Source of the DNA: Camelus dromedarius
Taxonomy: Eukaryota
Direction: 5' to 3'
Assembly (NCBI RefSeq): GCF_036321535.1
Contig: NC_087436.1
Location: forward strand, 38,194,001-38,258,000
Length of the DNA stretch: 64,000 nt
Made by a program: the position numbers and the translations under genes. Under the pieces are notes generated by a model. That model ran no database searches. It was not told where the DNA came from and worked only from the letters and a program-made list of their open reading frames with translations. Shown one piece after another: positions 49,595-59,804 of the stretch (its first letter is position 1; the number at the start of each line of letters is the position of its first letter).

Positions 49595-51854
49595 AACTCC
49601 ATTTTTTTTACAAACATCTTTTAGTCTTAATTAATTTTAAATTGCAGAAAACTTGCAGAGAGCTGATGGAAATTTTATTGCTGCCATTTATGAAGATTAG
49701 TAAGATGACACAAGGGCGGATAGCAAAACGGGTCCCTCAGTACACACTTCTCATTCTTCCTTTAGTAACAGAACTCAATTTTAGTGGCTGCATGCCTATC
49801 CTGGAAATTCTTTTTCAAAAAATTTACTTGCAGCTAAATGAGGTCCTAAAGTTCTACCATTGGGCTCCAAGTAGAGGTGAAATTTCCAATTTCTGGATCC
49901 TGTTCTTAAAGAAAGGAGACATGCTCTTTACTGCTCCTTCCATGTATGTGTTGGTGGAATGCAGAACTGATGGCAGGTGCTTTAGAAGCCATGTTGTACA
50001 TGAAGTAAAGAGGGTGTTGAGGAAGGCAGGAAGAACAAGGTGGTAGGAGGTCCTGGACGATTATGGGAGCTATTACATCTGCCCGGAGCTGTACTCCAAA
50101 CGTTTGGAAGAGAGAGAAATGGATTTACGTTGTTGAAGCCACTATTTCACTGGTATCTCTATCCTGACTCCTAAGACCCTAACATTCCTCTCCGTACATG
50201 GCAGTTCTTTCTCCACACCCCAAAATGACCCCCATGAAACACTGATTGAAAATTGGTCACTTTTTTCTGAAAAAGATTGGCAAACTCTAGCCCTCAAAAT
50301 AACTGCCAGATTATTTAATCTTGCTGACATGTGAGAGCAAGCATTCATAAGCACATGTTAGAACCCAGGGAAAACGACAAAGCCACCAACAATCAGACGT
50401 TCGGGTCTAAGACTCACAATTCTTCTGGTTCCACTGAGCTTTCAACATGAAAAATTAAAAAATGATTACTAAAACATTTCAGTATATTTCTAATGGTAAG
50501 TTTTTTTATTTATCAAACTTTAAGTTAATATATTTTAATTCCCAATTCTGATGTCCAAGTAATATAGCTAAATGTAAAAGAGAAAATAAAAGGCAGATTT
50601 TCTTTGTTCTTTATTAACAGAACTGGCATGCATTTCATTTTTTATAAAACTACATGCCTTTCAGAATCAATGCCTATTGGGAATACCTTTTAAATTAATG
50701 CCAGGTTTGCCCTTTTGCCTACCAAAAAGACTACAGCAGTAGTAACATCACTCCCCTGATGCTGAAAAACTCCTTCAGATTCAGTAGTAAATGTTGCAAA
50801 CTCATTTGTTATCCTTTGTTCACAGAAGCAGAAGTGACAGAATTATCCATGCAAATTACTTTGATAAATGTTACTCCTTTGGGATTAAACTTTCCTGAAC
50901 TCTTTTCTGCTTTACTGATCTCTTTCATGCAATCCCTTTGACAAAGACTAAATTCACAATTGTGTGCTAGGTTTCTTTCCACTGTTCGGAGATTCTGGTT
51001 AAATTTTCTGGTTACTTTCCAAATATTCTCCACTGTTTAGGGCTCTGTCTCTTATTCTTGAAAGGACAGTAACTATTAACATAGATGAAGAACACAGCAT
51101 TAGTGTAAAATGACATGGAGAGTAGACAGTGAATGAGCCTGAGTGTTTCTAGTTTTGCAGTCCCATCACTCACATAAACAACTTTGCTTTTCAGAAGGAT
51201 TTCCTTTAAACAAGAAAAAAACCGATCACTGCTATGTTTTAAAAGGAGCTTAAGAGTTCAAATGTTTATGATCCTGGGTTTTGGTTGAATTTGTAATACA
51301 TAAAAAATCACATTCTTCCTTCTGGTTTTTGCTGAGGAGGGTAAGCCAGCTTACTGAGGTGACCCTGGACATAACTCTGCAGTGCCCAGCACAGTAAGCA
51401 TTTGAATGTACACTCCTGTATCTCTTAACCTTCCTTATCTTTGCTCAACTAAGTCATAACTTATTTTTTTTTAAATCAAGTATATTTTATACTTCATCTT
51501 AAGCTAGTAAATAAAACCCTACTATATAGTTCAATCTGAATTTAAAAGTACTCCATTTGCTTGGAGTTACTTGACTGTTCATACTAATCTTCAGTATTTT
51601 GATCATTTCAATTTATTGAAACTTTATTGATCAGTATTAATGTAAATATTTCATTACATGGACAAAGCAAGTTGGATGATTTAACCAAAGCATCAAAAGA
51701 ATACATCCAGGTCCAACTGGTATAGTAAGTGAGCCACAGTGATATAATGTTCTTTTAATTTGGTCTATTGATCCTAGTTTTCTGAATTAAGAAACAAAAA
51801 TCCCACAGAGAAGTACACCAGAACCAAAAAAGGGGGAGAATAAACACTACTTTT

Positions 51855-51884
51855 ATTGCAGTATAGCTGATTCACAATGTTGTG
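51855..51884 (-). mobile_element. Extremely 5'-truncated L1 3' tip with a ~14-bp TSD
   Basis: 'attgcagtatagctgattcacaatgttgtg' resembles the L1 tip at ~40267; flanked by taaacactactttt (51841-51854) and taagcactattttt (51885-51898). Confidence 0.7.
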
Positions 51885-53935
51885 TAAGCACTATTTTTTT
51901 AATTGCATTATGCTTTGAGATCAGTAGAACTGGGCCTTATTTGGATGTGGACAAAGAAGATGTTACAAGAAGATGTTACAAACAGAAACACTTTGATTAG
52001 ATACCTAGGCTCAAGAAACAAGCTCAAAGCAAATTAAAGACACAGAACAACCCAGGTGGAATAGAACAACATCTATTTCCCTGAATGTTCATAATTCAGA
52101 GTTTTTCTGCCTATTGTGTTCTCATACTTTTAACTTTATGAAGCCAACATTTATACTGATCTCTCCCTTTCAATACTCACACTCAAACGTCCCAATTTCA
52201 TCTACAATAAACAACCCACATCTAACTATGTTCCACTATTTTCAGAGGGCGTTTGTAAATGTGCTCTGGTTAGGCAGCACCTGCTTCACATTAGTGATGG
52301 GAAGGGTTCTTTCATACCCTTTTAATGTTACAAAGTCAGGATGAAAGTGCTCTTTGCCGCCATGTATCATCCTTTAAAGGCCATTTTAAGGATTTTTACT
52401 GGTATCTTAAATGTAATGGATTGTGCACATTATGCTTTGATGTATGGAACTCATGGAAAATAGGGAAAATAGTGTATAGTTTCTTCCCCAAGTAACAGAT
52501 AAAATGGTTTTTCAAGAGGGAAAAGTATATGTTTTATTTTTTCTTCAATTTACTTCTTTATTCATGTTTTAAAATGTGAAAAGATATAATTCATAGTTGT
52601 ATGTGTCTGTATCACTAATATAGTCAGATACTGGAGAAAGTTTTATATTTTTGCTGTATGCATGTACTAAAATATTATTAATTTATTGTACAACCTCCCT
52701 CTCTCCCTTTCTCCTTTCCTTTCTTCCTTCTCCCTGATATATAATTCCTGAATGTCCACTATACACAAAGCATTGCTCTAGTTGCCAGATTCAATAACAT
52801 ATTGCTTAATTAAAAGGATATGATTTATTAAGGAAATGTTTCCCTTAAATCCAGAATTCTTTCATCCTCTAATTCCCAAGAGGAATTTTCTCAGAGAGCC
52901 TCATACCAGACATCTTGGCCTCAGGGCCATGTGGTTTCGTGGGGAACATGGAGCTTTTGTGCTCTGAAAATTTGTTTATTAGAAAAATTGTTTATTAATG
53001 CCAGTGGAATGACTTGTTAACAATGTAACTGTCCTTCTCCCAACCCATCACTGTTTGCTCTTCCTTTCCCTCTGCTAAGTACTATTTCTGTTCTCTCACT
53101 TCTTCCCAATGGCTATGATGACTTTTCATCCTTGCAGCGGAAAACAAAGACATGTTTAGTCTTCTCCCCAAATTGGCCTCGCATTTTTCTACACTTGCAA
53201 ATATCTTTAATTCCTCCAAACCATATCACCTTCCCTACCATTCTCCACAGAGCTAAACTGAAAAGCATGTGTGACAACTCTGAAGGAAAAAGACTGGAAT
53301 TATCCCACCTAGAAGAGCCCCTCTATTTTGATGTCTAAAGTTGAACATTTTCTCTTTCCTACTATGAGAAATCCTTCCTTTTTTCTAAATCTTGGTCAGT
53401 GCTGTCATCATTTCTCTAGTACCCAAGGCTCAACCTCTTGGCATTTTCCTTGATTCTCCTTAAGCTTCTGTCTCCACCTCCCCAAATATTCAGTTCTGGC
53501 CAACGATTCTTTATTTGATCTCAGGTCTTTGGCATTCAGATTTGATTCCTACTCCTGTTGTTTGTGTTCAGCTGCATTGTCAGTAAGGTTACCATTAACC
53601 ATGTGTGACCATTAGTCTCTTGAAATGAGGCTGGGTAAGTAACAAAATAATTAATTATTATTATAAAATTATTACAATTATTATAAAATAGCTAATAATT
53701 AATTAATTTAGTTTAAATAGCCATTGTATGGAATAGCTACTGTATTGACCAGTGTGGTTTTAGACAATAAAATCCTACGTTTAAAAATAAGATGATTAAA
53801 ATAAAGGAGATTGTTTTATAAAAACTAAGAACCTCTTTTAAAAAACAGGATGACAAAAACTTGAAAACTGTGGGGTCTTTGTCCTGGAATATGTTTGGGA
53901 AGAAAGTTAACAACTCCAGTCTTAAACGATTTAGA

Positions 53936-54136
53936 CATGTACTGTCCAACATGGTAGTCACTAACCACTTATGGCTATTTAAATTTAAATTATATAAACT
54001 TACATAAAGTTACACATACTGTACCTCAATCACACTAGCTACATTCGTAGCCCAAAAGCCACAAGTGGCTAGTGCTACATCTTAGAGAGTGTAGAATGTT
54101 TCCATCATTGTGGAAAGTTTCCTTGGTCATCACTTG
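53936..54136. mobile_element. MER3 hAT-Charlie MITE
   Basis: 'actgtccaacatggtagtcactaaccacttatggctatt...agccacaagtggctagtgctac...tttccatcattgtggaaagttt'; flanks contain tttaga/tctaga Charlie-type target sites. Confidence 0.8.
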
Positions 54137-54309
54137 TCTAGAGTCTTTAGACCATCTTTGTGTCTGGTATAGGTTATTACCACAGCCTTCTTGTTTATTG
54201 TCCTGCTTGTAGGATCTCTCCTTTAAATAAATTATAAAGTCAAACTTTATAATTTTACCTAAGTATTACTTGGTATATACCCTGACCAAAAGAAAAAGCT
54301 TTTTAATTC

Positions 54310-54630
54310 TACTGACTAGTAATTAATATCCTAACTTTAAACACTTCTTTTCAATAGACCACTATAAACCTCTCTAAACTTACCATCTTGTGTTCCCCAA
54401 AATGAATGTTCTAACTACAGAAAAACTGAGGCATCTGTGTTTCCCTTGAGACACCAGATTCATTCCAAATGCCAATCTTCTTCTCATATCACAGCAAAAA
54501 TGTCCTCTTCACCCTTCCTCACATGTTTACCTAAATCCTGGGTCCCGTTTAAGCCCTACCTTTCCATGAATTATCTGTAACTCTCCTGCCCTTCAGTGAC
54601 CACTGCCTTTTCTGCCACTCTGAACTCCTG
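54310..54630 (+). mobile_element. L2 fragment
   Basis: 'ctctctaaacttaccatcttg...caccagattcattcc...ctctgaactcctgtggc'. Confidence 0.45.
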
Positions 54631-54865
54631 TGGCGTGCCTAAGAGAGAAAGCGGCTTCTTAGTTTTTGTCATGTCAAGTGGCTGGTAGTGTGCGCACGGA
54701 GCGCAGTGTTGAGAGATATGGTGAGAGGGCACGTGGGAGGGAGAGTAGATCAACTGGCAAGTAAACAGGAAGACTAGGAAGTATGCCAGACAAATGTACG
54801 TCTGTCAAGCCTTCTCTGAGTAGATGTTGCATCCCCGAGTGTCCATTCTGCGTCTCCACCTGCCA
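54630..54865. promoter_or_regulatory. CpG-retaining candidate enhancer
   Basis: About 9 CpGs in ~230 bp; E-box cacgtg, MRE-like tgcgcac, XRE-core gcgtg, forkhead gtaaaca. Confidence 0.35.
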
Positions 54866-56190
54866 AGCTCTCCTCTCTCCTCCTTGCCTATTTAAGTATG
54901 ACTTTTCTTGTCAAGACTTAGCTCATATTCAGGCCCTCTGGTGAAACCCTAGTGAGATCCGTAGCATCCTGCATTTTATGGGTGCCCTTTATCAACTCAG
55001 ATAGATTATGCATTTTCTGAAAGCAATGAATTTCATCATTCTTCTCCTCATTGGGCCTAGAACCTTAAAATAATAGGAGAAAATGTTAATTAAACTTTTT
55101 GTTAAATGAAAGAACACAATTGTTACAGTTGCTATTATAAATTATTTTCTTTTAAATGACATCACTGTAAGAGGAAAAAATCTTTAATTTGAAATAACTT
55201 GAATTTTCTTTACCTTGAATTTTTATTCAAATTAAACTCCCTTCTATTTTATTTCATGAACATATGTTTTAAAAAATTGGGGGGAGATCTGGGTTGGAAA
55301 TTTTCTCTTGCTGATCTGAAATTCTGGACTTAGTGCTTGATATCAAAATACTATATCACATAAATCCAGATAGCATTTGGATAAATATCTGGATTTCTGA
55401 AGATTTTAGAGTAAAGGAACTTATGCTCAACATCAAGTTCAGTTTATCTACAAACTAATTTATAGAAACTGCATTTGGCTGACATCAAAAATCAACCAAC
55501 TGCTTCCATTTGTGATTAATTCCTAGATTTTTAATGAAAACTAAAAGATTTCCAATTGTTCACACCCAAGGACAATTTAGCATTAATTTAAGCATTTACT
55601 ATAAGATTGTACTGGTCATTCATTTTATTTACTTTTTAGTTCACTGGAAATCCCAGCACTGGAGCTTTGCCACAAGTACTCAGTAACTGTTGAAGGAATT
55701 AGCTGCAGATCTGCTGCCTTATTTTCATAACCACAAAAATGATAAATGGTCAGTCTAAAAACCATGACCCTCATTGCTCACAGAAGGTTGCTTAGCTATT
55801 TTATTCAGAATGCATCTCGATTCATTACTCAGAGCAATAGTGTATAGAGAGGAAAAAAGAAAAATAAAACAGGTTTAATGGAGTTCAACAAAAATGAAGT
55901 TGATGTTATAAGAGATAGACACCCCAAATTAAATGTTATAGTTGACCTTAGAATAGTCTTTAAAAACCAGTGATATCCTTTCACACTTGCTTCAAAGCAC
56001 TTTTCCCATTATTTCCTGAACCCAGAAAGAATTGCTTAAGACTAGGAGGCTTGTTCTGGCGTGGGTCTAATGCTATTGAACATCTATAATGCTTCTTTGA
56101 CTGTACATCACATTACACGTAGTACTGACATATTGTATAATGGTGGTTCATCTGTGGAATACCTAAATGCGTATGTATATACACAAGGTA

Positions 56191-58051
56191 TATAAAGGTG
56201 GGACAGTATAATTGTGGAATACTGGTGTTTGTGAAAATGGTTGAAAGTTGTTTTAGGGACATACTACAACATGCTTCCATTGGCAACAGTAAGGCTTTCA
56301 GAATTAGTCATTCTCTTTTCTTCTCTAGCAACTGAAATAATTGAAGTCTTGCATTGGTATAAAAATAAATAATCACAGTTTATCCTGAATAATTAATATG
56401 ATTTTGTTGTGATATTATGAAGTTAAGAGGATTGACACATTAAATGTGACTTCTGGTTATGAAGTAATATAATGAGCAAAAACTTTTTGGAAAGCACAGA
56501 AAATTATGGAATGGCTATGTTGATCATGTAATAACCCAATGGACACAGAAAAGTGGAGAGTGTGACAATGATAACTTATGTGCCACATGTAGACTCAAAA
56601 AACCTCACTTGGAAAGCATATTTAAACTTGAAGACATTTTCTATAAGGATTATGCCCCAAATCATGAATGATAAATAATAATGGCAAGAACTTAACATTT
56701 CTGACAATGGATCAAGATAAATTTGTCAAGGGAACATATTTTAAAGACAATCATAACTAGTGATAAAACATGGTATTTTCTCTATAACCTGGAAATAAAA
56801 TAGCAAAGCACCTTGGAAAATCCCGAACACACTGAGATGAATACAGCAGAAATGTAAGTCAGAAGGGAAGGCAATGATGATTTGTTACTTTGACATTGAT
56901 AGCATGAATCCTTCAAAATTCAGCCTACAATACCAAGGAGTTACACATATGTAATGAGTAGAAATTGTGAGAAGTTCACAGATTTGGTACAATGCAAAAG
57001 AAGTAGACTAGTGATTCCCTGCATCTCACTGATAATGCTTTGGCTCACAATATATTACTTATTAAATAAATATCCATTGAGAACTAAGTGCTAGGCAAAT
57101 CCCATCTGTGATGAACATTACATTCAAGTGGGCTGATTGTGGAAGAATCAGCAAATTTAAAAAAAAACATAATTTTAGGTGGCAATGAGAGCCACAATGA
57201 ACAACAAAAGACAAAGGAACAAACTGTAAGTAAGGGTGTGGAGAATGTGGTTATTTCAGACAGGCAGATCACTCAATGCCCAGACTCTAGGTGTTCAAGG
57301 AGGTGACATCTCAGCAGAAACCGGTTGAGGTGGGTGAGTGAGACAGGAGAGGGTTTTTAGGCACAGCATCCCAAGCAGAGATGTGGCAGAAGAAAAAAGT
57401 TCAAAGTAAGAACAGGCACTGTTGTTCCAGCAAGGGGGCCAGTGCAAGCAGAGAAGAGATGAACACAAGATACGGATGGAGACAGTCAGATTGTGCATAG
57501 CATAGTAGGAGGGATAAAATGGTTTGCATTCTAATCTGAGCGTGATGACAACCATTTGTGGGTTCTGTAACTAGATTTACAATTTTTAAAGTTCCTTCTG
57601 GCTGATTTCATAAGACTGTACTGTAAGGGAACAATAAGGAGGCTGGGAAACTCGTCAAGACTGTTTTAGAATAGTCCAGAGGAGAAATGATGGAGTCTTG
57701 GGCAAGGATGGAAGTGGTGGAGGCGGCAAGAAATACCTGGATTTAGGTCACAATTAAAAGTTAAAAGGAGCAGGTCTTAACAATGGGTTAGTTATGAAGC
57801 TTGCAGCAGAGGCGGCAAGAACGACTTTATATGTAAATACCTATATCCAGAAACATCTTCCTAGATTGGAGGTTTTAAAAATTATCCTGGCTCTGAGAAG
57901 TAATGATCAAAGAGGGAGCTCAGACAAGTTTTGAGTAGTTGCTGAAGATGACTTCTTTCAAAGCCCTCTAGCACTCACTTGAATGTATAGATTCATTAAC
58001 TCTTGATAAAAATAACCACACACATAATTTTAAGTTCAGAACTATTGTCAC
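56191..58051 (+). mobile_element. Decayed mariner (Tc1/mariner) DNA transposon with transposase remnant, interrupted by L2
   Basis: Colinear transposase motifs LNLKTFSIRIMPQ (56622), ILKTIITSDKTWYFLYNLEIK*QS (56738), KSEGKAMMICYFDIDS (56856), HLTDNALAH (57022); weaker C-terminal motifs after the L2; weakly inverted termini. Confidence 0.75.
57055..57828 (-). mobile_element. L2a-type LINE fragment with its 3' end at the left
   Basis: 'ataaatatccattgagaactaagtgctaggc...aggaggtgacatctcagcagaaacc...aatagtccagaggagaaatgatggagtcttgg'. Confidence 0.8.
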
Positions 58052-58974
58052 TGTCAGAGAGAAATGTTGTCAAATGGATTCACACAAGCATGTGTGACCC
58101 ATGGGCTCCTCCCAAACCAGATAATGAATGAGTCAACGTGACAATTTAGTTACTGGTATTTGTATCCAGGTCTTCAAAAACAATTACTATTTTATCCATA
58201 GACCACCTAAAGAGCAGACAGATATTTTTCCCATGTAGAGCAGTGGTACTGTAGATCCCGGAGGTCACATACAGCTTTTTAGAAGGAAACCATTAATCCA
58301 TATATGTATCAAGTATTTGCAGAGTGAACAAAATAATTATTGTACAAACTTGTCCTGTTTGAAATATCTGGAATTCAACTGTAATTAATTAAAGACACAT
58401 GTGTTTAAATGCATTACTTAATAATTTTTGACATATATTACTTGAAGATCAAACATACAAGTACCAGGTGTGGTGTTGGTCAATGAAAAATATTTACTCT
58501 GGTTTTTTTTAACCTGGAGAAAGGAAGTAGGCACTGGCAGAAAGGAGCCTGAGATGTCCAAGTTCTCAGCAGAGGGGAAATATAGTGAGGACAGTCATGG
58601 AGGCAAAGGAATGTAACGGTCAGCTTGTTGGCGGGACAGCTGGTAATCCCCCAGTCCACTGTGGCCCATGGAAGTGGGCTCCCCGAGGGGAGTGAGTCAG
58701 AGTCTATAAACCCATCTGATAACTGTTCTGTGCCAACCACTGGGCTCCTCCCTCCCTATTTTGTATCAGGCTCTGGAATCCTACACATGACTTGAGGCCT
58801 AAAGGTTCCCTTGATTATCTATCAAAGTTATACCTGAAGTACCAAGTCAGAAGATTCTTCTCTTGTTTTCATCAGGCTGCATAAGCTGTTGGCCTCCCCA
58901 GTAACCACTTTCCCCTTATCCCACAGTAACCAAACCCTAGGCAACGTGCCCCTGGGAAATTCTGCACGCTTTAC

Positions 58975-59070
58975 ATTCACTGATTGGTCAGGCCTGCTCA
59001 TGCAACGAAGTTCTGGCCAGTGAAATTTAACTAGAAGTTGTCAGTGAGACATCTGGGAAAATTCTTCAAA
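58975..59070 (+). mobile_element. MLT1-type LTR fragment
   Basis: 'tgattggtcagg...catgcaacgaagttctggccagtgaaattt...agaagt...tctgggaaa'. Confidence 0.5.
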
Positions 59071-59089
59071 AGGGTGTGGGGACTTTTGC

Positions 59090-59230
59090 AAGTTACTAAT
59101 TGTATGAACTTTGGCAAATTACTTAAGCTTTCTGTGCCTTTATTTCTTTATTTAAAATGGTGATAATACTAATTTTTCTGTAATGTTTCAAAGATTAAAT
59201 TATGTGATAAGCATGTGAAGGTTTTTACAC
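59090..59230 (+). mobile_element. MIR SINE
   Basis: 'ttactaattgtatgaactttggcaaattacttaagctttctgtgcc...aaaatggtgataata'. Confidence 0.75.
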
Positions 59231-59493
59231 AGAAATTAAGGGTCATTAAGTGGAATTTGTAGTTAAAAGTCAACATATTAAGAATAATGATATAAAACAA
59301 AACTGATATTTGGAAAGAATAAAAGTTTAAAGGATAAAGTGAGAAGCTGTAATATATAGACTTGATAATTTAACAATTTAAAAAGGTCAAAAAAATTTTA
59401 ATTTTAAGAAGGCAGTAGTATACGTTTCAGAACTTCATCAGTTTTTGCTAAGACAAACTGGACAATTTGAGCAGTATTTATCAAAAAAAATCC

Positions 59494-59804
59494 CTTGGGG
59501 TGTGGGTGAATGGGGAGATGTTGGCCAGTTATAAGATACGCAAGGTCCGGGGATGTAATGTACAGCATGGTGACTATAGTTAATGTACTTGTTAATTGTA
59601 TTATTAATTGTATTATGTACTTGAAAGTCGCTAAAAGGTTAAATCTTAAATATTTTCTTCATGCACATACCAAAAAAATTGTAAATACGTGAGGCGATGG
59701 CTGTGTTATGGTGGTAGTCATTTCACGATACATGTATATCAAATCACATTACACATCATAACTTACACAATGTTATATGCCAATTTTATCTCAATAACAA
59801 CTGG
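59494..59804 (+). mobile_element. L1MA9-like LINE-1 3' end with TSD AAAAAAATCC
   Basis: 'ggggatgtaatgtacagcatggtgactatagttaat...acttgaaagtcgctaa...tatatcaaatca...atctcaataacaactgg'; identical aaaaaaatcc at 59484-59493 and 59805-59814. Confidence 0.85.

Noticed and set aside
49642..50046. 134-aa ORF
   Set aside because: Non-ATG start, no recognisable homology and no partner exons.
51195..51340. Further + strand acceptor/donor pairs, also near 53572-53634 and 14560-14636
   Set aside because: Signals are moderate, and pseudo-exons of this quality are expected in 64 kb.
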